Below, one piece after another: positions 8,281 to 18,459 of a stretch of DNA of 64,000 bases; position 1 is the stretch's first letter, and each line of letters opens with the position of its first letter. Below the pieces are notes generated by a model. The model worked only from the letters and a program-made list of their open reading frames with translations, had not been told where the DNA came from and did no database searches. The stretch is from NCBI GenBank assembly GCA_043826565.1, contig JBDRPX010000008.1, forward strand, positions 17,744 to 81,743. Direction: 5' to 3'. The position numbers and the translations under genes were made by a program. The DNA is from Candidatus Omnitrophota bacterium. GTDB lineage: Bacteria; Omnitrophota; Gorgyraeia; B26-G9.

Positions 8281-11139
8281 TTATTGCTTTTCTTTTTCTA
8301 ATATATCCATAAATACTTTAACCAGATTGGGATCAAATTGCGTATTGGCATTATCCTGAATTACTTTCGCGGCGATTTCAATTGAACACGCTTTACGGTA
8401 ACAGCGGTCGGAAGTTAATGCTTCATAAGTATCGGCGATCGCGATGATCCGCGCGGCCACCGGGATTTCCTCTTTTTTCAAACCATAAGGATACCCCTTC
8501 CCGTCCCAGCGTTCATGATGATGCAGGATCAGCGGCAGGATACCATGAAAGAAATGGATCGGCCGTAAAATATCCACGCCGATCTGCGGATGGCTTTTGA
8601 TCTCTTCATATTCACTTTTCGTAAGCTGAGAATTTTTCATCAGGATCTTTTCACTGATCCCGATCTTTCCCAGGTCGTGTAAAATAGTCGCCTGCCGTAT
8701 TCTTTCTATCTCATTTTTAGATAAACCGATATTCCGCGCGATCGCGGTCGCGTAATGAACTGTTTTTTCCACATGCTCGCCGGTATAATGGTCTTTCATT
8801 TCGATGGTTTTAGCAAAAGCAAAAATCGCTTCCGCCAAACTCTCATTTGCCTGCTTGGTAAGCTTATCCAGCTTTTCCTGTAAAAATTCCACATCTTCTA
8901 TTTCTTCTTTAGATTGTGATGCCGGCTGTTTCTGGTCCATATCTATGGACGAACATACCCTGTCCCCGCCTCTTTCTTTGGCTAAACTCAATACTGCCTC
9001 AGCCGCGGAAATAAAATCCATGCCTTTAATCAGCTTATCTTCCGGAAAAGCAACAACCGCCATGCTGAGTTTTACTTTAACACTGTGTTCCTCATCGCCA
9101 AAATGCTGTAATCTTAGGGTTTCTAATAAACGCTGGGCCAAAATAAAAGCCAGGTCCCGGCCCATGCCCGGAGCAATAATAATAAATTCTTCTCCGCCGT
9201 AACGGATAAGCGTATCGTATTTACGCACCATTTGTTTCAGCTGAATAGCTATCTGGTGCAGAATTACATCCCCGAATTCATGGCCGTAAACATCATTAAT
9301 TGATTTAAAATAATCCAAATCAACCATAATCAAAGCCAGGGGGCTATGCTGCCTCTTCGCACGGACAAATTCCGCTTCAATTGCTTCCTGAAAATACCGG
9401 TGATTATATAATCCGGTATGCGGATCGATCAATACTAATTGTTTTAATTTTTCATTTGCTTTTAAAAGTTCCGCGTTCAGCCTTTCCCGGTCTTCTTCTA
9501 AATGCTTATAATGGCTGATATCGGTAATAACTCCTTCTAAAGCAATGATCGCTCCATTTGAAGAAAAAATACCTTTACCGTAATTATTTACCCATTTTTC
9601 TTTACCCCCGGCAGTCAGAATTCGGTAAGTAAGCTTAAATTCCTGCTTTATCTCCAGCGCGTTTTTCACATCCGCCAAAACCTTCTGCCGGTCATCGGCA
9701 TGAATTATCTGGGCAAAAGGAACTTTGGCGCTATTGGTAATATCCGCGGACGAATATCCGGTAAGTTCAAAACATCCGTCACTGATAAATTCCACGGTCC
9801 AGGTTTCATCATCTTTGCAGCGATAGACCATCCCCGGCAAATTACTCATCAAGGTTGAAAGCATTCTCTGGCTGTCTTCGATCTGCTCCGCGGCTTTAAC
9901 CTGCTCAGTAACATTCACATCCGACCCGCGATATCCCAGCAACTCTCCTTTTTCATCTAAAATCGGCGCGCATTTTGCTTCGACAACAACGATCTTGCCG
10001 TCTTTACTGACCTTATTATGCACAAATCCCGCGCAAGTTTCTTTCCGGGCAAATTTTTCAAAAATTATTTTGGTCAACTCTTCTCTTTCATCCGGAGCAA
10101 ACAGCTCATAGCAGTGTTTTTTACCTAAAAGTTCTTCCTGCTTATATCCCAGGATGTTCTGGACCACGGAATTACAATAAGTATAAAGGCCTTGCGGATT
10201 TACTTCCCAAACCCAGGTGCCGGCGTTTTCCGCTGCGCTGCGAAAACGCTCTTCACTTCTTTGTAATATGTTTTCCGATTGTTTGCGGCCGGTAATATCC
10301 CGAAAACTCCAGACCCGGCCCACAACTTTTCTCCCTTCTTTAAGCGGACAGGAAAAACGTTCAAACACGCGCTGGTCTTTAAATAAAAGCGTATCTAAAC
10401 TCTCTCTGGAAGAAGCATATAACTGCCGCACTTTGTCGGTAAATTCCTGCGGATATTCCAATTGGTCCAGGACAAATTCAAGCAAAGTATTATCATCATT
10501 TGTTTTTAAAATATCCCCGGGGATTTTCCACATTTTGGCAAAACGCGCATTATAATGCGTAACCCGGCCTTCATTGTCAACCACAAGAATTCCATCTTCG
10601 GTAGCTTCAATAGTGGCCCGGAATAATTTTTCATTTTTCAACAATTGCTCTTCGGCTTTTTTCCGGGCCGTAATATCTCTGGTCATTCCGATAAAAGCTT
10701 CCGGATGCCCCTGTTTATCCATAACAACTCCGGCACTTATATCCGCGTAAAAAAATGTTCCGTCTTTTTTCAGTAATGTATATTCAACTGTTCTAACAAT
10801 CTTTTCCTTATATATACGTTCCATATCTTTACGCGCGCGGTCTCTTTCCTGCGGCGCGAAAAATTCAAACACATCCCGGCCTAATAATTCATCCGCCTTG
10901 TCATAACCATGCATTATAATTTTTGCGCGGTTAACCATAATCACCCTTCCGGATAAATCCGTAAGAGTAATCGCGTCCGGAGAAGTTTCAATAAGGGTCT
11001 GATATAGTTCTACGCTTTCATAAAGCGCGTCCTGCGTACGCTTATGGCCGATACGGATCCTTTCAATACCAACCATTCTTTTGCGTAGAACCTGAAGTTT
11101 CTTTAGCAGATTTAATTCTGATTTTTTTTGCTCTTCCAT
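8281..11139 (-). CDS. PAS/PAC multi-sensor c-di-GMP enzyme (GGDEF diguanylate cyclase + HD-GYP phosphodiesterase)
   Basis: 952 aa; several PAS blocks, RYGGEEF GGDEF motif, HD (ILHDLGKIGI) and HHERWDGKGYP HD-GYP motifs. Confidence 0.8.
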   Translation of the reverse strand: MEEQKKSELNLLKKLQVLRKRMVGIERIRIGHKRTQDALYESVELYQTLIETSPDAITLTDLSGRVIMVNRAKIIMHGYDKADELLGRDVFEFFAPQERDRARKDMERIYKEKIVRTVEYTLLKKDGTFFYADISAGVVMDKQGHPEAFIGMTRDITARKKAEEQLLKNEKLFRATIEATEDGILVVDNEGRVTHYNARFAKMWKIPGDILKTNDDNTLLEFVLDQLEYPQEFTDKVRQLYASSRESLDTLLFKDQRVFERFSCPLKEGRKVVGRVWSFRDITGRKQSENILQRSEERFRSAAENAGTWVWEVNPQGLYTYCNSVVQNILGYKQEELLGKKHCYELFAPDEREELTKIIFEKFARKETCAGFVHNKVSKDGKIVVVEAKCAPILDEKGELLGYRGSDVNVTEQVKAAEQIEDSQRMLSTLMSNLPGMVYRCKDDETWTVEFISDGCFELTGYSSADITNSAKVPFAQIIHADDRQKVLADVKNALEIKQEFKLTYRILTAGGKEKWVNNYGKGIFSSNGAIIALEGVITDISHYKHLEEDRERLNAELLKANEKLKQLVLIDPHTGLYNHRYFQEAIEAEFVRAKRQHSPLALIMVDLDYFKSINDVYGHEFGDVILHQIAIQLKQMVRKYDTLIRYGGEEFIIIAPGMGRDLAFILAQRLLETLRLQHFGDEEHSVKVKLSMAVVAFPEDKLIKGMDFISAAEAVLSLAKERGGDRVCSSIDMDQKQPASQSKEEIEDVEFLQEKLDKLTKQANESLAEAIFAFAKTIEMKDHYTGEHVEKTVHYATAIARNIGLSKNEIERIRQATILHDLGKIGISEKILMKNSQLTKSEYEEIKSHPQIGVDILRPIHFFHGILPLILHHHERWDGKGYPYGLKKEEIPVAARIIAIADTYEALTSDRCYRKACSIEIAAKVIQDNANTQFDPNLVKVFMDILEKEKQ

Positions 11140-11157
11140 GGCTTTTTAAATGTTTTT

Positions 11158-11526
11158 TTAGACAACGCTTTTTATCAGCGTTTTTAGACGATCAAGATTG
11201 AAAGGTTTAGTAATAAAGTCATATGCTCCCAGCTCCATTGCCTTGCTGGTCATAGAATTCGTGCCGTGCGCGCTAACCATAATAACGATAATTTTATCAT
11301 CAATTTCTTTAATCTTTTTTAGAGTCTCAATCCCGTTCATACCCGGCATATAGATATCCAGCAAAACAATGTTTGGTTTTTCTGATTCTAAAAGTTCCAA
11401 AGCCTGTTCACTATTACCGGCTTCAACTGTTTCATATTCTTTGGATAAAGCCTGAACAAAAATTTTTCTTATAAGAGGTTCGTCATCAACCAGCAGTATT
11501 TTTACATTTTTTTGGATATCTGTCAT
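11158..11526 (-). CDS. response regulator receiver (CheY-like) protein
   Basis: 122 aa; KILLVDDEPLIRK..LLDIYMPGMNG..K receiver signature. Confidence 0.8.
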   Translation of the reverse strand: MTDIQKNVKILLVDDEPLIRKIFVQALSKEYETVEAGNSEQALELLESEKPNIVLLDIYMPGMNGIETLKKIKEIDDKIIVIMVSAHGTNSMTSKAMELGAYDFITKPFNLDRLKTLIKSVV

Positions 11527-11675
11527 AAAACAATCTCTCCTTTTATCGGCCCCTAATAAAATATTTTTTGTTTCTTATGTATTGTAACAAGGTATCCAGG
11601 ATCAGGCAACAAAAAAGTGATAATCTTCTTTCCCCAAGAATACACCTATGTTATTATAATTTATAAGGAGCAAAT

Positions 11676-12104
11676 ATGCTAGGATCTAAATTCGGGGTAA
11701 CCCAGGGAAAAATTGATCTTCTTCTCAAGAAGATGCAGAAGCTCGGTATCCGGGAATCGGACATTAAAGAGCGTTTTATCCGCTCGCAAGGCCCCGGAGG
11801 ACAAAACGTAAATAAAACTTCTACATGTGTTTACTTAAAGCACTTACCTTCCGGTATTGAGGTCAAATGCCAGCGGGAACGTTCACAGGCACTCAATCGG
11901 TTTTTAGCCCGAAAAACTCTGGCGGCAAAAATAGAAAATCAAATCCTGGGCAAAAAAAGCGAAGAGCAGCAGCAAATAGCCAAGCTTAAACGTCAAAAGC
12001 GAAAACGTTCCAAAAGAGCCAAGGAAAAAATTTTAAAACTAAAAAAGATGCATTCAGAAAAGAAACAATCACGAACACTTAAGATTGATTCAGAAAATTG
12101 GTAA
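11676..12104 (+). CDS. arfB: alternative ribosome-rescue factor ArfB (RF-1 domain peptidyl-tRNA hydrolase)
   Basis: 142 aa; GGQ motif (SQGPGGQNVNKTST) and basic C-terminal tail. Confidence 0.7.
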   Translation: MLGSKFGVTQGKIDLLLKKMQKLGIRESDIKERFIRSQGPGGQNVNKTSTCVYLKHLPSGIEVKCQRERSQALNRFLARKTLAAKIENQILGKKSEEQQQIAKLKRQKRKRSKRAKEKILKLKKMHSEKKQSRTLKIDSENW

Positions 12105-12183
12105 AAATCATCCAAACAAGACTTGACATATTATACTTTTTGACATAATCTATTAATATACTTAATATATATAGGGGGATTAA

Positions 12184-12349
12184 TATGGGTAGGATCGGTT
12201 TACCTGAATTATTAATAATTTTATTTATCATTCTCTTGCTCTTCGGAGCGGCGAAACTTCCTCAACTATCTAAGTCTATTGTCAAAAGCTTAACTGAATT
12301 CAAAAAAGGAATTTCCGAAAAAAAAGAAAATGACGATACTAGTTCTTAA
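12184..12349 (+). CDS. tatA: twin-arginine translocase subunit TatA/E
   Basis: 55 aa ORF below ORF-track cutoff: MGRIGLPELLIILFIILLLFGAAKLPQLSKSIVKSLTEFKKG; immediately upstream of Tat-signal hydrogenase small subunit. Confidence 0.7.
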
Positions 12350-12354
12350 CTCGT

Positions 12355-12384
12355 AAAGCCCATAAGTTTACTTATGGGCTTTTG
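12355..12384 (+). terminator. putative rho-independent terminator after tatA
   Basis: AAAGCCCATAAG ttta CTTATGGGCTTT followed by TG-rich/T tract. Confidence 0.4.
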
Positions 12385-12449
12385 ATATATATAGGTAATT
12401 ATTTTTAAGGGGATTGTATTAATTAGCAACTAATTGAAAGGGGGCAAGA

Positions 12450-13397
12450 ATGAAGTTAACCCGAAGAGAATTTTTTAAACTCTGCGCAGGTACTGCCGCG
12501 GGGGCGGGAATTTCACAATTATATGTGCCGGAAGTTGTTGCGGCATTAAATGATGCTGCTGCCGGTAAACCGCCGGTTATCTGGCTGCAGGGACAAAGCG
12601 ACAGTGGTTGTTCTGTATCTTTACTAAATACTACTCACCCGACAATTGCCGAAGTACTACTGAAAGTTATCAGCTTGCGTTACCACGCGACAGTCATGGC
12701 CGGTACCGGAGAAACAGCCAACGCGCCGCTGGAAGAAGTGAAAAAAGAAGCTTCCGGTAAATTTATCCTTATTGTTGAAGGTTCAATTCCGACCGAAGGC
12801 GACGGTGCTTATTGCGTAATCGGAGAACAAAACGGCAAACCTCTTTATATGGCTGAAGTATTAAAAGATTTAGCACCTCACGCGGCAGCTATAGTAGCTG
12901 TAGGAGCATGCGCTGCTTTTGGCGGAATTCCCGCGGCAAGGCCCAACCCTACCGGAGCTAAGTCGGTTAGTGAATTTTTAGGCCAGCCTGTAGTGAATAT
13001 TCCCGGCTGCCCGGCCCATCCGGACTGGATCGTCGGGACACTGGTACATGTTTTACTATACGGCATGCCTGATTTAGATGACCAAGGCCGGCCGACTTTG
13101 TTTTTTGGAAAAACAATACATGAAAATTGTCCCCGCTATTATTACTTTGCCGACGGACAATACGCAGAAAATTTTGGTGAAGAAGGCTGTCTTATACAAT
13201 TAGGCTGTAAAGGCCCGGTTACTCAATCTGACTGTCCTTCCCGCAAATGGAACAGCGGAGTTAACTGGTGTATTCAAAACGGCGGAATGTGTATCGGATG
13301 CTGCGCGCCTAACTTCCCGGACGGAACAGGTGCGATGTATACGGCATTACCGGAAAATCTGTGGCCAAACAAAGATCCTAAACGAACAATAGTATAA
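12450..13397 (+). CDS. [NiFe] hydrogenase small subunit (Tat signal)
   Basis: 315 aa; RREFFK twin-arginine signal, proximal/distal Fe-S Cys motifs (CxxC..GCPxHPDW, CxxxxxC..C). Confidence 0.85.
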   Translation: MKLTRREFFKLCAGTAAGAGISQLYVPEVVAALNDAAAGKPPVIWLQGQSDSGCSVSLLNTTHPTIAEVLLKVISLRYHATVMAGTGETANAPLEEVKKEASGKFILIVEGSIPTEGDGAYCVIGEQNGKPLYMAEVLKDLAPHAAAIVAVGACAAFGGIPAARPNPTGAKSVSEFLGQPVVNIPGCPAHPDWIVGTLVHVLLYGMPDLDDQGRPTLFFGKTIHENCPRYYYFADGQYAENFGEEGCLIQLGCKGPVTQSDCPSRKWNSGVNWCIQNGGMCIGCCAPNFPDGTGAMYTALPENLWPNKDPKRTIV

Positions 13398-13411
13398 AAA
13401 GGGGGGGGATT

Positions 13412-14821
13412 ATGTCCAAAACAATAATAATTGATCCGATTACCAGGATCGAAGGTCATTTGGGAATTGAAGTTGAAGTTGAAGATGGAAAAGTTACTGA
13501 TGCCAAATGTATAGCAAATATGTTCCGCGGATTTGAAAAGATTTTACAAGGAAGAGATCCCCGTGATGCTATACACATAACCCAAAGAATCTGCGGAGTC
13601 TGCTCTGCTGCTCATGCCACCGCAAGTGTTAGCTGTATTGAAAGTGCTGCCGGTGAAATTATTCCGGAAAACGCGCGGATAATCAGAAACTTAGGGCTGG
13701 GAGCAAACTATCTCCACTCTCATATTCTGCATTTCTATCACCTGGCCGCTCTGGATTATGTACAAGGCCCGGAAGTTCCGCCGTTTATCCCCCGCTACAC
13801 CGGTGATTACCGCTTACCGGAAAAAGTAAACGCGGCCTGTGTCGCGCATTATCTGGAAGCACTGAAGATCCGGATGCTGGCACATGAAATGCGCGCGATC
13901 TGGACCGGAAAAGCTCCGCATCTTGTTGGTTTTATGCCCGGAGGTGTAAGCGAGCAGCCGACTGTTGACAAAATCGCCGGATATATCTGGCGCTTAAAGA
14001 AAGTTCAGGACTTTATTGAAAACATTTACATACCGGATGTTCTGGCCGTAGCGGATATTTATAAAGACTACGCGGAAATCGGTACCGGATATGGGAATCT
14101 GCTGGCTTATGGTGTGTTTGATCTAAACCGCGGCGGCATGAAAAAATTACTCGGCCGGGGTGTTATTTTAAACGGTGAAGCTGCTCCTTTAGATCCGGCA
14201 AAAATCAGCGAAGATGTATTCTTTTCCTGGTATAAAGACGATACCAGCGGGAAAAATCCCAAAGAAGGCGCGACTGAACCGGTAGTAGGAAAAGAAGGCG
14301 CTTATACCTGGGCCAAAGCTCCCCGCTATAACGGAGCTCCCTGTGAAGTAGGACCGCTGGCGCGGATGACCGTAAACGGCGATTATAAAGGCGGCACTTC
14401 GGTTATCGACCGTCACGCGGCACGTGCTTTAGAAGCAAAAAAGATAGCCGGGGTTTTGGAAGAATGGGCCTTACAATTAAGACCCGGTGAAAGTATCTAC
14501 AAGAAAGCGGAAGTACCTAAAGAAAATTACGGCATGGGCTTAACCGAAGCTCCGCGCGGTGCTTTAGGCCATTGGGTAAATATTAAAGATTCAAAAATCG
14601 CAAACTATCAGGTAATGACTCCCACGGTGTGGAACGTATCACCAAAGGATGATAAAGGCCTGCGCGGACCGATTGAACAGGCATTGATCGGAACTCCGGT
14701 TCAGGACGCGGATAATCCGATTGAAATTGCCCGGGTAGTCCGTTCCTATGATCCCTGTTTAGCCTGTACAGTGCATTTGATCAAACCCAGCGGAGAAATT
14801 AAAAAGTTCCGCGTAGCTTAA
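13412..14821 (+). CDS. [NiFe] hydrogenase large subunit
   Basis: 469 aa; N-terminal RICGVCSAAH and C-terminal DPCLACTVH Ni-Fe ligand motifs. Confidence 0.9.
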   Translation: MSKTIIIDPITRIEGHLGIEVEVEDGKVTDAKCIANMFRGFEKILQGRDPRDAIHITQRICGVCSAAHATASVSCIESAAGEIIPENARIIRNLGLGANYLHSHILHFYHLAALDYVQGPEVPPFIPRYTGDYRLPEKVNAACVAHYLEALKIRMLAHEMRAIWTGKAPHLVGFMPGGVSEQPTVDKIAGYIWRLKKVQDFIENIYIPDVLAVADIYKDYAEIGTGYGNLLAYGVFDLNRGGMKKLLGRGVILNGEAAPLDPAKISEDVFFSWYKDDTSGKNPKEGATEPVVGKEGAYTWAKAPRYNGAPCEVGPLARMTVNGDYKGGTSVIDRHAARALEAKKIAGVLEEWALQLRPGESIYKKAEVPKENYGMGLTEAPRGALGHWVNIKDSKIANYQVMTPTVWNVSPKDDKGLRGPIEQALIGTPVQDADNPIEIARVVRSYDPCLACTVHLIKPSGEIKKFRVA

Positions 14822-14822
14822 A

Positions 14823-15272
14823 ATGACTTTAATTATCGGCTGCGGAAATATTCTGCTTGGTGATGAAGGTGTGGGAGTACATTTAATTGAAACACTTAGT
14901 AAGCAAGAAGTACCTGCCGGAGTTGACCTCCTTGACGGAGGTACCGGCGGTATTGAACTTATAACATATATAGAAAAAGCGGATAAGGTTATTATTGTCG
15001 ACGCAATTCAGGCCGGCGGAGAAAGCGGTGCCATTTATAAATTCCGGCCTGATGATTATGAGCAGGAGGACTGCCCTATCAGCTCCGCCTCTTTGCATGA
15101 GATTTGCCTTAAAGATGTCTTTTCGACAATGAAACAGCTAGGCATAAAAAAAGATATTCTTATTTTCGGTATTGAGCCGGAAAGTGTCGAATTAAAAATT
15201 GGTTTATCGGAAAAAATCAGCAAGCTTCTGCCAAAACTTATTGACTTGGTCTTAAACGAAATAAAAGGATAA
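14823..15272 (+). CDS. hydrogenase maturation endopeptidase (HyaD/HybD family)
   Basis: 149 aa; GCGNILLGDEGVG motif; directly after large subunit. Confidence 0.8.
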   Translation: MTLIIGCGNILLGDEGVGVHLIETLSKQEVPAGVDLLDGGTGGIELITYIEKADKVIIVDAIQAGGESGAIYKFRPDDYEQEDCPISSASLHEICLKDVFSTMKQLGIKKDILIFGIEPESVELKIGLSEKISKLLPKLIDLVLNEIKG

Positions 15273-15305
15273 TGTTTTAAAAAGGATTTTAACGAAGGAG
15301 GAGAT

Positions 15306-17012
15306 ATGTTTGCAATCGTAAGGCGGTCATTGGGAGGAAAAATTGCCGGCTGGATAGGAATTGTTTTGGTCATTGTTTTTGCTATCCTGGCCATCAGCAA
15401 TACCCTGTATCAGGCAAAAGTGATCAGTAACACTGAATCAGAAAATGCCAATGCTTTAGCCAGCACAATATTAGGCGCGATCCGTTACCCGATGCTTGAA
15501 GGAGAACAGGAATTAATCCAAAAACAATTAGAACTTATCCGTGAACAAAACCCGGGACTTGTCATCCATCTTGTCAATCATACCGGAAAAATAAAGCGCA
15601 GCACAGAGCCAGAGTTGATCGGCGAAATATCCATGTCCCACAATTTAAAAACTATCATTGAGAATCCGGATAAAGCAGAAAAATTTAAAGGTGTTGTTAT
15701 CCGGGAAAGAACACAGTCGAGAGTTTATGAAGACATCGAACCTATCAATAACAGCAAAGAATGCATGGTTTGTCACGGGAAAGATCTTACCCTGCTTGGG
15801 GCATTGCGTATCGCCAAAGATTTCGTCCCGGTTGATAATGCTATTGCTGCCGCCCGCAATCGGAATATCCTTATTTCTCTTATCGGATTCATAATCACGA
15901 TCTTTATTATTTTATTCTTATCTAAAATAATGCTGCAGCCGCTGGCAAAACTGGAAAAATTTACGGAAGATCTGGCCGCGCAAGGCGGAGATTTAACTCA
16001 GCTTATAGATATTCAGTCCGAAGATGAACTCGGCCGTTTGGGTGCTTCCTTTAACAAAATGATTGATACCCTGCACAATATTATCGTGGAAGTTAAAAAT
16101 ACCGCGGATAAAGTCAGCACATCTGCTCAAGGATTGTCCAGTTCCGCCGAACAAATCAACGCTTCCACTGAAGAAGTCTCTTCGACAGTACAGCAGATCA
16201 GCCAGGGTATTACCACCCAGGCCAGACGCAGTGAAGAAACATCGAATATCATCAGTAAAATGACCGAATCTGTAAAACAAGTTGCCAGCAGTGCTAAAGA
16301 AAGCTCCTTAGCCACAAAAGAAACCTCGGAACTGGCTCAGGACGGTATGAAAGCATCGCATCAAGCCGCGGACAAAATAATCCGAATTACCGAATCGGCA
16401 AATCAGATCGCGACCGTAGTTGAACAGCTGGGCGCACGTTCCCAGGAGATCGGCAGAATTGTCGACGTAATTACCAACATTGCCGATCAGACCAACCTGC
16501 TGGCTTTAAACGCCGCGATTGAAGCTGCCCGCGCCGGAGACGCCGGAAGAGGATTTGCCGTAGTAGCCGAAGAAGTAAGAAAATTAGCGGAAAACTCCGC
16601 TCAGGCCGCCACACAAATCGGATCATTGATCAGAACAATCCAGGACGAAACATCAAAAGCCGTTGCTTCCGTAACAACAGCTACAACAGAAGTTGAAGAA
16701 GGCCGGCTGATAATTGAAAAAGTCCAGCAGTCGCTGGAAAAAATTTTCAAAGCCGCGGAAATCGCCGCTGCCCAGGTAGAACAAATTGCCGAAGCCAGTA
16801 ATAAACAATCAATTAATGCCCAGGAGGCAAAAAGCGCGGTAACGGAAGTTGCGGCAATTTCTGAAGAATCAGCTTCATCAATAGAGGAAACATCAAGCTC
16901 TGTGGAAGAAATGACTGCGAGCATGGAGGAAATGGCTTCCAGCGCGCAGGAACTGGCCGCAATGAGTGTCAATCTTCAGGACCTGGTCAAAAAATTCATT
17001 ATTAGGGAATAA
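15306..17012 (+). CDS. methyl-accepting chemotaxis protein with periplasmic c-type haem (CxxCH) sensor domain
   Basis: 568 aa; two TM helices, periplasmic CMVCHG haem-binding motif, HAMP, MCP signalling domain with methylation heptads. Confidence 0.8.
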   Translation: MFAIVRRSLGGKIAGWIGIVLVIVFAILAISNTLYQAKVISNTESENANALASTILGAIRYPMLEGEQELIQKQLELIREQNPGLVIHLVNHTGKIKRSTEPELIGEISMSHNLKTIIENPDKAEKFKGVVIRERTQSRVYEDIEPINNSKECMVCHGKDLTLLGALRIAKDFVPVDNAIAAARNRNILISLIGFIITIFIILFLSKIMLQPLAKLEKFTEDLAAQGGDLTQLIDIQSEDELGRLGASFNKMIDTLHNIIVEVKNTADKVSTSAQGLSSSAEQINASTEEVSSTVQQISQGITTQARRSEETSNIISKMTESVKQVASSAKESSLATKETSELAQDGMKASHQAADKIIRITESANQIATVVEQLGARSQEIGRIVDVITNIADQTNLLALNAAIEAARAGDAGRGFAVVAEEVRKLAENSAQAATQIGSLIRTIQDETSKAVASVTTATTEVEEGRLIIEKVQQSLEKIFKAAEIAAAQVEQIAEASNKQSINAQEAKSAVTEVAAISEESASSIEETSSSVEEMTASMEEMASSAQELAAMSVNLQDLVKKFIIRE

Positions 17013-17029
17013 AAACAAAGGAGAATGAA

Positions 17030-17539
17030 ATGAAAAAATACTATTTTATTATACTGATTTTAGCCGGGGTTGCTTTGTTGTCTGTTCCCTTTGCCGGTGC
17101 CCAGGAAGAAGAATCTTACACCCCGCCTGCTCCCAAAAAAATATATTCCAAACCAAGTGTATCAGAGTCCGGCGAACAAGCCACCTATGTCGGAATAGAG
17201 TCCTGTAAGGCCTGTCACGCGAAACGCTACGAAGATTTCCAGAAAAGAAAATTTAAAAAAGCCTGGACTATTTTAGAAATGCGCGGAGAAAACAAAAACC
17301 CGGAATGCCTGGTTTGCCATACCACCGGATACGGAAAGCCCGGCGGATTTGTCAATGAGCAGATAACACCTCATCTGAAATTTAAGCAATGTGAAGCCTG
17401 CCACGGCCCGGCAAGCCTGCACACTAAAAACATCTCCGACAAAAAATATTCTAAGCAGCTTCTCAATACCATAAAAGACGAAGATACTTGCATTCAATGT
17501 CATAAGTGTGTAGCTACACACAGCAGCACTGATTTCTAA
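17030..17539 (+). CDS. tetrahaem cytochrome c (secreted)
   Basis: 169 aa; signal peptide; four CxxCH motifs (CKACH, CLVCH, CEACH, CIQCH). Confidence 0.75.
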   Translation: MKKYYFIILILAGVALLSVPFAGAQEEESYTPPAPKKIYSKPSVSESGEQATYVGIESCKACHAKRYEDFQKRKFKKAWTILEMRGENKNPECLVCHTTGYGKPGGFVNEQITPHLKFKQCEACHGPASLHTKNISDKKYSKQLLNTIKDEDTCIQCHKCVATHSSTDF

Positions 17540-17563
17540 AGACAAGCATTACCAGAGCTCAAA

Positions 17564-17595
17564 AGCCCTCTCTGATCTAGAGAGGGCTTTTTTTA
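17564..17595 (+). terminator. rho-independent terminator (bidirectional) after cytochrome c
   Basis: AGCCCTCTCT gatct AGAGAGGGCT + TTTTTTT; A tract upstream. Confidence 0.65.
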
Positions 17596-17630
17596 GGTTC
17601 TTTCTTGTTTAAAGAATGACCCTTAATATT
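17594..17630. repeat. partial inverted copy of the 161-bp structured repeat (ends only)
   Basis: AGGTTCTTTCTTGTTTAA + AGAATGACCC = reverse complements of the 3' and 5' ends of repeats at 38397 and 40471. Confidence 0.4.
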
Positions 17631-18459
17631 TATTTTGAAAAAAATCTTCAAACGCGTGGCTGTGTATCTTTATATCCCGGAAATACTTTTGCGCTGATTT
17701 TTGGATATTGGTTTTCAGCCCGATAACTGTCTTTCCATAAAATTCCCGGTCTTTACCCAAACGCTCATAAACCTTAACATACTCCGGATAAACCTGCTTT
17801 ATAAGCTTAATTATATTCGGTATCCCCGCCATTTTAAAATTCATTATTTCAAATTCCGCCTTTTCTACTCCCGGCATCTTCTCCGCCGCATGAGGAAACT
17901 CAAATAACTCCGGCATAACCGGACAAAAATAAGCAATTACCGGAATATTGTTTTTCGCCAGAAGATTAGCTGTTTTAACACTATCTTCTACAGAAACAGC
18001 ATACGGCTCAAAGCACTCCCTTATTTTTCCCGGCAATGTATCAATAGTAAAGTATATAGCTTCACAATTTCCCTCCCCCAGCAAAGATATATACTCACAA
18101 ACTAATAGAGAACGCGTAAGAATTATATACTTAATCTTCCTCTGATTAAGCAGTTTTAAAACCGCCTCGGTGACCCCATACTTTTTTTCCGCGGCTTGAA
18201 AACATTCCGTAGTTGAACCGAGTAATACTTTCTCCGGATTTTTCTCGTCTAATTCCCGCTCTAAAACTTCTAAAGCATTAATTTTTACTTTTACGTATTG
18301 TCCCCAGGGAAGTTCCTCTTTAAGCGCCTTTTTGCTGAACTGCGCGTAGCAAAACAAACATCCCATCTGACAACCCTGGTAAGGATTTATCACATAAGGA
18401 GCGAGATTAATCCCGGTAGGCCTAAGGATTGTGGTTATTTTCTGTTCGATTATTTTCAT
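17623..18459 (-). CDS. radical SAM protein, DNA photolyase / spore-photoproduct-lyase-like family
   Basis: CQMGCLFC CxxxCxxC motif near N-terminus; start taken at MKIIEQK (ORF track start 18510 would overlap intI by 89 nt). Confidence 0.6.
   Translation of the reverse strand: MKIIEQKITTILRPTGINLAPYVINPYQGCQMGCLFCYAQFSKKALKEELPWGQYVKVKINALEVLERELDEKNPEKVLLGSTTECFQAAEKKYGVTEAVLKLLNQRKIKYIILTRSLLVCEYISLLGEGNCEAIYFTIDTLPGKIRECFEPYAVSVEDSVKTANLLAKNNIPVIAYFCPVMPELFEFPHAAEKMPGVEKAEFEIMNFKMAGIPNIIKLIKQVYPEYVKVYERLGKDREFYGKTVIGLKTNIQKSAQKYFRDIKIHSHAFEDFFQNKY

Noticed and set aside
8804-10555. Plus-strand ORFs 8804-9202 and 10217-10555
   Set aside because: Embedded antisense in the 952-aa PAS-GGDEF-HD-GYP gene; Ser/Leu-rich low-complexity translations.
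12878-15400. Minus-strand ORFs inside the hydrogenase operon (12878-13066, 13274-13459, 14189-14416, 14883-15098, 15056-15400)
   Set aside because: All antisense to strongly supported hydrogenase genes; no motifs.
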